A stretch of DNA of 64,000 nucleotides from Octopus bimaculoides (Eukaryota). The translations under genes and the position numbers were made by a program. Under the pieces are notes generated by a model that saw only the letters and a list, made by a program, of their open reading frames with translations, searched no databases and was not told the DNA's origin. The DNA is taken from positions 43,447,349-43,511,348 of the forward strand of contig NC_068991.1 of NCBI RefSeq assembly GCF_001194135.2. The letters are read 5' to 3'. Numbering within the stretch: position 1 is the first letter of the stretch; each line of letters begins with the position of its first letter. Below, piece by piece: positions 27,326 through 39,211 of the stretch.

Positions 27326-30300
27326 CAACAAACAAGATGAGGACAAATATCTGTCAATGTAAATAATGTAAATTCAGATTCCTGTTTTACTTTCACTAGA
27401 TTTTGCTAAACTTACTTGTCTCTAGCAAACCAAAAATCTTTTGACTTTCTCACTCATGTTTCATCACTACACAACATTCCACTTGATATATGCATTTTGC
27501 AGATGGGAATAGAGACCATAGCCATTACAAATATACTCTACCCAGTACATACATTCGCAGTCACATTCCCTATGAGAAATAGCAGTCATATCCCTCAAGT
27601 CTATCATTTTTAGAAAGAGCATACTGAATAAGACAACCCTAGATGCACAATACCTAAAAATAAAATAGAATAGTCATGATAAGGAATGTCTTTGATCATT
27701 TGTCTACTGGATTGAATTTGACTTACGCTAAACAACAAATAACTCTAGGACATGAAAGTGAATAATATAGCTATTGTTGTATATACACTAGGAGTAACAC
27801 AAAAATTGCTGTTGACTGACTGTACCAAGAGATATTACCATACACAAACCAACTGGGAAGTCTACATGGTCATGCAACTTGCTAAAAACAGCAGCTGAAC
27901 CTTCTTGAAATTACACCCTACCATCTCAAAAAGGAAGAATACATTGGATAAAGTGGTCGTATGCACACTGTCTGAAAAAATACAAAAAAAAATGTTGGAA
28001 TGCTTTTTGATCAGAGCTGACCTAACTGAAAGCAATGCTATAATTAAATCTATCTTCCGTAAAAAAAAAAATCAACCCTACTTTAGCAATATAAACCTAT
28101 ACATTACAACAAAACTAGAAAAACAAACTCACAACCAGTGACTGATGTAGTATATAAGCTTAAAAGATAACCTTTTCAAAAATCAGAACCTGTATCAGGT
28201 ATTGTCCAAACAAAAGACAAAATTGAACTGGAAATAGTTATTGGTCCCGGATCATCTCATCTGTTTAAATCTTACTGCACTCCTAGACTATCATTTGTTT
28301 GACAGATGAAGTATAACATGTTAGTACATATGTGATTTGCATGTAAGATTTCATACAAATATAGAAGTGAATAAGACCAAGAAATGATTTAGTGTTAGTG
28401 TATTTGAGACGAAGCCAGTAATAACACTTTCATATCATATGATTGTAACAACTGACAAAATAGTTCTTTTATGATAAATATATGTTTGATTTCAGTATGA
28501 ATGCCAGTTAAAACTCTACAAGGTACATTAACCATACTTGAGTTATTTTGTTTGACAAAAAAGAAGAAAAAACAACAAAAACCTAATACCTACGGTTTAT
28601 TTAGCGTTGTGAATGGGATATTGTCAAAAATAATAATAGGAGTATATGTAACTATGTCCACAATTGTATATAAACAGATGTGCACAAGTCCATATGCACA
28701 TGTTTTCTTGCACTCATGAACATGTGTGCACATGTGTATGTACAACTGCACATGTTGCAATGTAATGGACAGTTGTGTTTAAGTGCAGCTTGCTATCAAA
28801 TATCTGTAGTGGTGGAGAGACAAACCAGCTCCAGTTTGATTTACAAGCATAGTCTGGAACTATATCACTGATAAGGATGTTTGTGGCTCAGCCTCCATGT
28901 ATTCAAATTACTTCTGTCCCTTGTGATTAGCATGTTTCAAATCACTGAAGGGTAAAAAATTAAATATCTATGAATGAGATTTCACAGAACCTATGTAGCT
29001 GGTAGAATGAACACATGCACATCCATGTGCAAACACACTTACACACAAATACCATAAATATATCAATAGCTTTCATTTCTCAAAATTTTAAAAAGCTGTA
29101 ACAAGTTATGAACAGCTTAATCACCAGGATTTCTTTTTACTGAGAATAAAGACAACTGTAGCAGAGAATGGTTAGAGTAGCCAAACTAATCCAGTGTTTT
29201 GTTGGTGCTTATTTTATAATCCCCCAAGATGAATAAAAAGACTACCCCCAGCATAATGTGAATTGGGAAAAGTTAGATAAAATACTATTATGCATTAGTC
29301 TAACACTGTGCAATTTTAATCAACTTCAGCTTAATCATAGTAGTAGTAAGTTCTGAAATAGGTGGGTTGTCATAGATTTCATTAGTTAGGTCAAGATGAC
29401 TGACATTTATGTTTATCCAAGGAATGTTAAAATGTAACTAAAGAGATTTAAAACAATAATCATAACTGCTTATAAGATAAAGATTTCTTTCTACACTGAA
29501 AGTCCTTATTTCTGGAAGAGGGAAGTGTACACTTAGACAAATTGAATCCAGTATTTTATGGGTCCTTGTTTTATTAAATCTCCTCCACATGTACACATAA
29601 AATAGATCTAAACATGTAACTATAATATATAATCTGACTGTCTACTTCTTATATCAACTCCTCTTCCACAGAAGCAAAAGTAGTAGGTCAAATAGTAAAT
29701 ATTACCTCCAGATATAATAATCAAATATAATAAGCTTCTCCATATTTCTCATGAGAGATGACTCAACAATAAAGAGGGAAACTCATTCTAGGACAGTCCA
29801 GACAATCAGACAATGGTGATAAAATTTTTGGTCAGGAGCCTACAAGCCATAAGACAATGGGTCCCCTGTTGCTTGATCAGGTGAATAACTTATTGCTGTA
29901 TATGTGACTGAGTAATTCACAGACACATGTACCCATAACATAATTCTCAAACAGTATTAGCATGACATAGATTGTAGTCTTTTTGAATTCCCACTTGGGG
30001 GACTTTTATGCAGCTTCTATCTACACAATTTCATTCACAAGGTAGGAGTCAAGCCAAGGTTATGACAATAACATTTGCTCAAGATGCCACACAATGGGAT
30101 CAAACCCAAGACCTCCTGGTTATGAAGCAAACTTCTTAACCATTTAGCCATATTGCAGCTACAAGCCATTTATCACCATTAAATATGAAGCAAAAAGAAA
30201 TCTATCAACTAACAGATGTTTGAAGACAACCTTTGCCATATAGTAAAAAAGAGAAAAATTTTTTTAATAATTATTTGTAACTAAAATATAAAAAAAAAAA

Positions 30301-31158
30301 GACATAAAAACAAATCCTTTTAGAAAGCACTGATAATTTTAAAGATTAGACTAAAGGGACTACATGAAAGACGTCCAATGGAGACAGCAAAGTTTATAAA
30401 CACAGCTAACATAATATATAGAGTAATGATGCAGCCTGCTGTAAGTTAAGCAATTATGCAGCACCTGATAACCATAGTTCATACTTAGGGTACACCAGCT
30501 TGTAATTAGATTTAATGCTAAATCACAGCACCCTATCTTTTGGGGGAAAGGAACCAGAATGTTGCTATGATTATGCCTTTCCCCAAGAGCATTAGTGTGT
30601 TACAATAAATTGAAAGGTCTTTCATCCAGAAATTGAGAGTATACCAGAGAGTCACCCTACCACAAGCTTACCTCTAGATATAATAATAATTATTATTAAT
30701 TAATATTACTATCATTAATAAGATTATAATTTTTCAGATGATTAACATTATATGTAGAGATATAAAAATCTTTCATCATCTCTAAAGATGATGTTAATAA
30801 TCTGAAAAATTACAATTTCTTAGAGAGACAAAGCTTCAAATGTGGGAGATGGATACAATTGATTAAACTGATCCAAGCACTAAACTAGAACTTTATTTTG
30901 TCAGGCTGAAAAGATGAAGAGCAAAGTTGGTTTCATTAGTTGATAATTTATTGATTATCATTGTTTTTTTTATTTCTGCTACAAGAAACAAAATATTCAA
31001 ATACAATAACAAAGAGTGTGGGTGTACATATATGTTGCTTGTGTATGTGTATACATGCATACATATATACACAAATTATGCAACTAGGAGGATTTGACAG
31101 GTTTGGATGAACTCCTACCTCAGGGCTATATATGTATGTATGTATGTATATGTATGTA

Positions 31159-31205
<47 letters not shown>

Positions 31206-31770
31206 AATATCTTTACGCTAATGCAAATTAAATGACTACTGTTGGATCCATTTTAATAAATGTGAATATTCAGACCCCACTTGGTTGAAATCCTGGTGAC
31301 ACCATGACACACATTATGAAATACAAGATGTTGTCAAAATACAGGGCCCTTTTTTTTCTCTAGAAAGAAAATTGACATTTATCTGAAGACCAGCATAATA
31401 CACCAAACGATTTTAAAAAAAACATGTTCAGATCTCTATTGCAGTGTCAACAATTATATATTTTGATTAGAGAATATTACTTTGTATCTAGAGGGTGCAT
31501 GATTAATTGATTAATCAATGGTATCTTGAAGAAATGATTTTCATCTCTAGGAGATAAGCTGAGTTTCATCAACTGAAGTAGTTTTGCATAAGGCATCTTC
31601 TGTCTTGCTTTCACATTCTAAACTGGCACCATTGAACAGCAGTATCTAATATATTAAAGCTTGTAAATAATAAAAAGAATGGAATTGCTGTTTACTGGCT
31701 TCCTTCTCGTGTATCTTTATTTCAAGAAAAGAAAAATTCAAGAAACAGTCCCTAACCAATATTTCGTAAA

Positions 31771-31844
31771 AGCAGACGACAAGAAAGTGGTAGCAGACGA
31801 CAAGAAAGTGGTAGCAGACGACAAGAAAGTGGTAGCAGACGACA
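31771..31844. repeat. 21-bp perfect tandem repeat, 3.5 copies (agcagacgacaagaaagtggt)
   Basis: Units start at 31771, 31792, 31813 and 31834 (partial). Confidence 0.95.
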
Positions 31845-32654
31845 GTATTTGACGTCTGACTCCGTTGTCATCGTCTGCAAGCAACAGTGTAAGAAAACGT
31901 CTCACAAAATAAAAGATTGCTTCCAGTAGCAAGCTGGAACCGGCATTATCCAAATATTGTTGCATTTAGCACGAAAACATGAAAATAAGAAAGTAAAATA
32001 ATAATTCGAATGTGTTAGACGAGAAAAGCAAAAGAAACACAAAATATGTCTATAAGACACAAAGAGTCGGAGACTTGAATGAAGAAATGAACGAATATTT
32101 GCAGTTCACTTTGTAAATAAATAGAAGAATCAATAATAAAGATATGAATGAACACAGAAATTGTTGTTTAATGTTTTGATATCAAAACATTGAAAAAAGC
32201 TGTGACCAGTATGATTTTGCCGTCGTGGAGTCCAGGGTAATAAATGAAAAAGACATCTGTCGGGAATGTTTACTCTACTTTGTTTTTAACGTTTCTTTCA
32301 TTTATTCTTTATGAAATATCAACATTTCAATTTAAAATTGTTTAATGAAAATGCATACTTACATCTGATTCATTACAGTTGTTAGGAAAACACCTCCGTA
32401 AATATCTTTGTATTGTATCGCCGGAGAATTTGCTTCCCGAAAAGTATCAATCTGTAAAAGATGAGAGAGAACGAAAATAAAATGAAAACAGTTAAATCAA
32501 AGAAAAGAGAATCATGAAAGACGAGTAAAAATCAAAACAAAACATAAAACAAAAACTAAGGGAAATAGCTCTTGTTGACATCAGTATTAGTGGGATGATG
32601 TCGATCTGAAGAAAAGACAAAAGATGTTTGCAGTATTTGTGACACTTTCAATCA

Positions 32655-32812
32655 ATGGCTAAATGGTTAAGAAGGCTTCGCTACAAGATTTCTGGCTCGA
32701 TCCCAAATTGTGGCGTATTGGGTAAATGTCATTTTTATAGCCTCGAGTCGACACATACCTTGTGAGCGAAACTGGGTAGACGGAAATAGAACAGAAGCCC
32801 GTCAGGTGGATT
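32655..32812 (+). mobile_element. Degenerate SINE family A head
   Basis: ttgggtaaatgtcatttttatagcctcgagtcgac...ggtagacggaaatagaacagaagcccgtc aligns to the family A head. Confidence 0.65.
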
Positions 32813-33041
32813 GTACCTGTAATTCAAAAGGTACAGAAGGCACACACGGTGTCACATTGATTCTGCCTGCATATTACACTAAGAGTGCACGTGTCTGTGG
32901 GGATATATTCAGCCACGACTACATTAATTCACGAACAGGTAATTCAGTTGATCAATTAACTGAATCTTCATCGTCGGACGATGGAGATCCACCATCATAT
33001 TCAATCAATTCTACTGAACAACCCTCAAGAGCACTTGAAAT

Positions 33042-33253
33042 ATTGGTTTCAAATTTTGGCACAAGGCCAACAAGTTCGGAAGAGAAGGTAAGTCGATTGC
33101 AACGACTCCAGTGCTCAACTGGTACATATTTTATCGATCGCCAAAAGGATGAAAGGCAAAGTCGACGGAATTTGAACTCAGAACATGAAGTCGGACGAAA
33201 TGCCGCTAAGTATTTTGCCCGACGTGCTAACGATTCAACTGGTTGGCCGCCTT
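33042..33253 (-). mobile_element. tRNA-headed SINE family D with a 13-bp target-site duplication
   Basis: gagcacttgaaat occurs at 33029-33041 and 33254-33266 flanking the element; related copies at 36965-37170 and 52630-52770. Confidence 0.85.
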
Positions 33254-33409
33254 GAGCACTTGAAATCTTGATAGCAAACATAAAGTCACATACTTTTGAG
33301 TATGATTTATATTCATATCATTTCTAAATATTTGCGTGCACAATGTGCTCAAATAACCTTTAGTAGATCTTCAAACCGGGTTGTTTCAGAACTGAAGAGT
33401 TCCTTTGAA

Positions 33410-33825
33410 ATTGGCCGATCCAAAAAGACCCATCGGGGCACTAAGCACTTAAAATATTTTGGTGCTCCCATAAACGATTATGTAATTCAAAATATAAACA
33501 ACAACAAACCATAAAATAAATTTTTATTTTTCAAAACGAAACAAAACAGCAAGAGGGAAAATAATGTTTATTTTTGTATACTTCCACTTTATATTTGAAA
33601 AGTTTCCTCTTACTTGCAAAATCTTTGATCAGATACTCAAAATTAATCTTAGGTAACGCATCTGCATCTATACTTAGTAGAGATAAAGGCATCTCGAATA
33701 TAATTTTAGCCAGTTTGAAGTGATTTCTTTTGTGCCGTAAACCATTTACCATTTCTAGGGTGCCCTCTCCTTCCCTTGATGCCCTGAACACGTGCTTATT
33801 TCGCTTAATGGTTAATCCAGTGCTG
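33410..33825 (-). mobile_element. Non-autonomous/deleted hAT transposon remnant
   Basis: Minus-strand LSLLSIDADALPKINFEYLIKDFASKRK resembles the hAT transposase C-terminal (dimerization) tail; terminus cagcactggattaacc at 33825 is hAT-like. Left boundary uncertain. Confidence 0.6.
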
Positions 33826-34431
33826 CAAAAGCAGTTTGGCTGCGGAATCTGGTAGGGATTATTTTATTTCTTAATGCTTTTTGGCATTACTGTGTTTTAT
33901 ACAACAGGAATTCGATTTTGAAAGAATTCCATCTACCCACCTCCAAATTTCAATTTTTTTTAAACATTTTTGCCCCATCCTGCCCACCAAAGATTCCGAC
34001 CCCCACCCCCGTGATAGCTATTTCAAAACTCCAACTGTTTCTTCAGTTATACATTCGATCGACACCAATATATTACTGGCCCTTATTTTTTTGTGATGGC
34101 ATGAAAAGTTTATGCATGTTGCCACGAGAACAACATTAACTTGAAACACAGGGATACAGGTAATAAATATATACAGACAGAAGGCCACAAATTCGTAAAG
34201 AAGCAGTATAGTCGATTGAATCAATGTAAATATATTAATATTCTATCGATCCAAGGAAGAAAATTAGACAAAGTCGACTAGTGAGATTTGAACCCAGAAC
34301 GCAGGGACAAACCAAATTCGACAAAGCATTTAGTCCAGAGCTCCACCATCGCAAAATAACAGTAACCACACACACAAAGTCAATACAAATTCATATATTT
34401 ACAGAAAACATATTAAATAAAACAAACTTAC

Positions 34432-34482
34432 CCAAATAACTAAAGGACTTTGCATGAAACATTCTTCGGGCGGCGACGCCAT
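34432..34482 (-). CDS. CCDC88: First coding exon of a Girdin/Daple (CCDC88, Hook-related coiled-coil) gene; 17 codons, MASPPEECFMQSPLVIW
   Basis: Minus strand reads aaacATGGCG (A at -3, G at +4) through ...GTT ATT TGG|gtaagt, a perfect phase-0 donor. The peptide matches the F[ML]xSPLVxW N-terminal motif as I recall it from human Girdin (FMTSPLVTW) and Daple (FLQSPLVTW); I recall Daple's first intron also follows this W. Not database-verified. Confidence 0.8.
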
Positions 34483-34889
34483 GTTTAATTATACCCCTAT
34501 TATTAATTATTTTGATGGGGTTTGGTTTCTATTAACTTTTCTTTTACAAAAGAACTTAAAAATAACAACAACAAAAAATCCCGAATTCCTTAAAATTCTG
34601 TCGCCTGTTACGGCACTGCTTCTTGCAAGTGTGAGGCAGAATCTTTTCTGCGGCTCCTGCTTCTTCTACTTCTAAAGAAGTAGAAGATAGAAGCAAAAAG
34701 AAGCAAGCCGGGTCTTCTTACCCAGCAGCTTTCCTTTATTTGTTTTCTTTTTCGGTTTTTCTTTTTCACCTTGCCGTAATCTTTGCAAAAGATAATAATC
34801 CTAAAGCGTGGCAGGAAGCAAGCTGTGTGCCAGCGCCATCAAGCAACGAGCACTTCATCGTTCCATTCAGGTAAATTCCAATCAGAATC
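34483..34889 (-). other. Putative 5' UTR portion of the ATG-containing Girdin/Daple exon
   Basis: Textbook minus-strand 3' splice site: branch-like CTAAT (plus 34914-34918), pyrimidine tract tttatttttcttctccgttgtt, then AG|G at 34889. This implies an upstream non-coding exon. An internal GG|gtaaga donor near 34722 could alternatively split this segment. Confidence 0.55.
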
Positions 34890-34946
34890 CTAACAACGGA
34901 GAAGAAAAATAAAATTAGATTGAAACATAAACAGATAACATTAAGA

Positions 34947-34947
<1 letters not shown>

Positions 34948-34998
<51 letters not shown>

Positions 34999-36236
34999 NN
35001 NNNNNNNNNNNNNNNNNNNNNNNNNNNNNNNNNNNNNNNNNNNNNNNNNNNNNNNNNNNNNNNNNNNNNNNNNNNNNNNNNNNNNNNNNNNNNNNNNNNN
35101 NNNNNNNNNNNNNNNNNNNNNNNNNNNNNNNNNNNNNNNNNNNNNNNNNNNNNNNNNNNNNNNNNNNNNNNNNNNNNNNNNNNNNNNNNNNNNNNNNNNN
35201 NNNNNNNNNNNNNNNNNNNNNNNNNNNNNNNNNNNNNNNNNNNNNNNNNNNNNNNNNNNNNNNNNNNNNNNNNNNNNNNNNNNNNNNNNNNNNNNNNNNN
35301 NNNNNNNNNNNNNNNNNNNNNNNNNNNNNNNNNNNNNNNNNNNNNNNNNNNNNNNNNNNNNNNNNNNNNNNNNNNNNNNNNNNNNNNNNNNNNNNNNNNN
35401 NNNNNNNNNNNNNNNNNNNNNNNNNNNNNNNNNNNNNNNNNNNNNNNNNNNNNNNNNNNNNNNNNNNNNNNNNNNNNNNNNNNNNNNNNNNNNNNNNNNN
35501 NNNNNNNNNNNNNNNNNNNNNNNNNNNNNNNNNNNNNNNNNNNNNNNNNNNNNNNNNNNNNNNNNNNNNNNNNNNNNNNNNNNNNNNNNNNNNNNNNNNN
35601 NNNNNNNNNNNNNNNNNNNNNNNNNNNNNNNNNNNNNNNNNNNNNNNNNNNNNNNNNNNNNNNNNNNNNNNNNNNNNNNNNNNNNNNNNNNNNNNNNNNN
35701 NNNNNNNNNNNNNNNNNNNNNNNNNNNNNNNNNNNNNNNNNNNNNNNNNNNNNNNNNNNNNNNNNNNNNNNNNNNNNNNNNNNNNNNNNNNNNNNNNNNN
35801 NNNNNNNNNNNNNNNNNNNNNNNNNNNNNNNNNNNNNNNNNNNNNNNNNNNNNNNNNNNNNNNNNNNNNNNNNNNNNNNNNNNNNNNNNNNNNNNNNNNN
35901 NNNNNNNNNNNNNNNNNNNNNNNNNNNNNNNNNNNNNNNNNNNNNNNNNNNNNNNNNNNNNNNNNNNNNNNNNNATATATATATATATACACACATATAT
36001 ATATATACACACATATATATATATATACACACATATATATATATACACACATATATATATACACACATATATATATACACACACATATATATATATATAT
36101 ACACACACATATATATATATACACACACATATATATATATATATACACACACATATATATATATATATATATACACACACATATATATATACATATATAT
36201 ATATATACATATATACATATATATACATATACATAC
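34948..36236. repeat. (GT)n microsatellite, assembly gap 34999-35974, then compound (TA)/(CA) microsatellite
   Basis: Seen directly. Confidence 0.95.
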
Positions 36237-36568
36237 AAGGACCAATTATTAAGTAAAGGAATATTGAAAGAATTTTTTTTTCAAATTACTTTTAATATTT
36301 TTACTACTTTCAATCTAAATACGCAGGGTGTATTAGAAAATATAAACGCACACAGATGCAATTATATGTATACATAGTGTGTGTGTACATACGTCCATAC
36401 ACAGTGCATGATTGTGTATATCTGTGCATATATGAACGTTGCCAGTCAAATGCAGAGGCCAATATACGCACTAATATTCAAATCTATATGCACACACAAT
36501 CTTACATACGTAAGGCACAAGCGTACGTGCATTATATATATTACTTTATATATATAACTTTACATCAC

Positions 36569-36605
<37 letters not shown>

Positions 36606-36964
36606 GCATTTATGTACACGAACCCGTTATAGATATTACTATGCACAATTACTAAATTACTGTATGCTTACATTATGCCTCTGTAAAAGGCTGTTAGTTA
36701 CATGCACACCAATCACATGCACATACCAATACACAACGAATACGTAATTATATATAAACCCACAATAAATACCAAGCCTAAAAGTGAACGTATATACACT
36801 AAATACAACAATTAAGCCACCAACATGTCCAAGCAGCACTACTAAGTACCTTCCCCATTACACTTATAATAACAATTCGTTGTTCACCTCCGCCTCAATT
36901 TCGTTTTGTGCTGTCCCTAAAATCTCGGGCTCTTGGAACCAATATAAAAATTCGTTATTATTGA

Positions 36965-37170
36965 TGAAGGCAACAGACTCGTTAGAGCGTTGGAAAAATG
37001 CTTCTCTTCCGACTCTTCACGCTATGAGTTCAAATCCTGCCGAGATCAACTTTGCCTTCCATCCCTCAAGGGTTGAGAAAATAAAGTACAAGTGCTGGAA
37101 TTGATAGTATCGACGAACCCCTACTTCTCAAAATTGCTAGCCTTGTGCTCGAATTAGAAACCATTATTAT
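36965..37170 (+). mobile_element. SINE family D copy
   Basis: gagttcaaatcctgccgagatcaactttgccttccatccc...gccttgtgctcgaattagaaacc matches 33042-33253 in reverse. Confidence 0.75.
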
Positions 37171-37497
37171 TAATTCACTCATACTTTACAGACTAGTTGT
37201 CAAAATATGTCCCAGCACCTCATTATTCCCATCAAAAATTAATTTTAAATTCTCTCCCTACGATTCTCAATCTACTCCTGCCTTTCTATGGTCATATGTA
37301 CAAAAATGGGAGGGGGTTGAATAAGTACCATAAACCACCATTAGTGTGTGTGCGGGCGCGAGGTACAAAGGTGAGCTTTGGAACAAGGTTGGGGCAACCA
37401 ACACTGATGGAATTTCGTGAAAACAATGTGTAGTGTGGTAAGAGGCACAAAGGTGAGTTTCAGAGCAACCAGCTATGGTGAAATTTCGTGAAGACTC

Positions 37498-37528
<31 letters not shown>

Positions 37529-37847
37529 GTGTGTGTGAAGTATAGCAACCACAGGAATGATGAGATGGAAAAGTGAAAGAAAGACAGGTTCGGAAAACGG
37601 AAGAATTCAAAAGAAAGGAAGACAGCGGGTGTAGAAGAGCTGAAGATAGATAAAGTGGGATAGATAAAAAGAAAGATATAAAAGCAATATAGTGTGAAAG
37701 ATATCAAGAAATAAGAAATTCGTTATTATTTACAACTAGTTTTCTCCTTCAAGTATATATCCATTTCAATTCCATGAACAACCACCACTGGAAAAACGGC
37801 TCACGCGAAACAATCCTATTTTCTTTCTCTTTAAATCTGATGCGATG

Positions 37848-38062
37848 GATAGATAGATAGATAGATAGACAGACAGATAGATAGACAATTAGATAGACAA
37901 TTAGATAGATAGATAGATAGAAAGACAGATAGATAGACAATTAGATAGATAGATAGAAAGACAGATAGATAGACAATTAGATAGATAGATAGAAAGACAG
38001 ATAGATAGACAGAAAGATAGACAGAAAGATAGACAGACAGACAGAAAGATAGAAAGATAGAT
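37848..38062. repeat. Compound (AGAT/AGAC/AGAA)n microsatellite with higher-order units
   Basis: Seen directly. Confidence 0.9.
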
Positions 38063-39075
38063 GGAGAAATAGGTGAATGAACGAAACATGAGAGACCTTC
38101 GCAATGCTAGATTGCATGTAGAAGAAGACTACATGGTTAAACATGTGGCAGTAGGCTATAAAAAGACATGCATTTTGCTCTTCTAATTCACATATATTTA
38201 TGGTCACACATAAGAGGAAAGTAAACATATTACACACACACACATATATATAATTCGTAAATATATTTATTCATATACACATATGTATCTGTGTATACAG
38301 TGAAATGTATTTATATACATATATATTGATTCACAGACACGTGTATATTTCGGAAATATATAACTATATCGTACATTTGCAAAAAGTAGATACAATAAAA
38401 CTAAAAAATTTTAGCGCATGTATGTATAAGATAATGTATGTATATAGGTGCATACACACATTTCCCAGGTGAAAATTGAGGCCAGGTACTTGTAAAGATT
38501 GGGAGGTGTTGTATAGCAAAAAGAAAAGAAAAAAAGACGTTGGAGAAATATACTGGAGTCACGCTTGTATTCAATAGTTTGCTGTTGAATTTTTAAAGCA
38601 CAATAATACTGTACAATTTACTGAAATAATAAAAGGGTGAAATCCCAATCAGGGTTAGATGCCACGAGACAGTTCAAGGAATGTCTAAACTCACCTTGAA
38701 TATTTAAAATATTTCGCTGTTAAACAGCAAAACTACAAGGTTAGGTAGTAACGAGGTAAATATGTAAGTAAATAGCTCAGTCAGTCGGTATGTCGAGAGA
38801 CTTTAGTAATTCTTTCTTCTTTCTTTCTTTCTCTCTTCGTAAGGTTAAGCTTCTAAGTTTCGTTATTAGAAGGGAAGAAGCGTTTTAAATTAGTTTCAAT
38901 AAACCGACTCATTTTCTGTTTAATCAATTTCCGTCATAAGGAAAAAAGCTTGGTTCTTGCTGTTAGCGATGGTGATAGTGGTTGCATATACTTGAAGATT
39001 AATCCTCTGATAGATGTGTGTGAGAACATTTGGGTATTAGAAATAATTTCACTCTCCAAATTCTACAAGACTTAC

Positions 39076-39211
39076 TATTAGCATCGCTTGTCAGGCATAA
39101 ATGGCACGGGTTGCTGTTGTTGTGAATGGCAGTAGTAGTGACGGTGGCTACGGTGATGTTTGTTGACGGTTTCCTCTTGTTTTTAGTGGGGGCTGGATAG
39201 AGAGAGACACT
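39076..39211 (-). other. Candidate upstream non-coding exon of the Girdin/Daple gene
   Basis: Minus-strand donor ATA|gtaagt at 39075, an Inr-like TCAGT at 39209-39213 (or an acceptor ctctctatccag at 39193), CpG-rich low-complexity leader-like sequence. Inference only. Confidence 0.3.

Noticed and set aside
31771-31844. CRISPR-like appearance of the 21-bp repeat
   Set aside because: No spacers, contiguous units, eukaryotic context.
32710-33255. 181-aa plus-strand ORF and the overlapping 109-aa minus ORF
   Set aside because: Chimeric read-through across a SINE-A head, unique sequence and a TSD-flanked SINE-D; not a gene.
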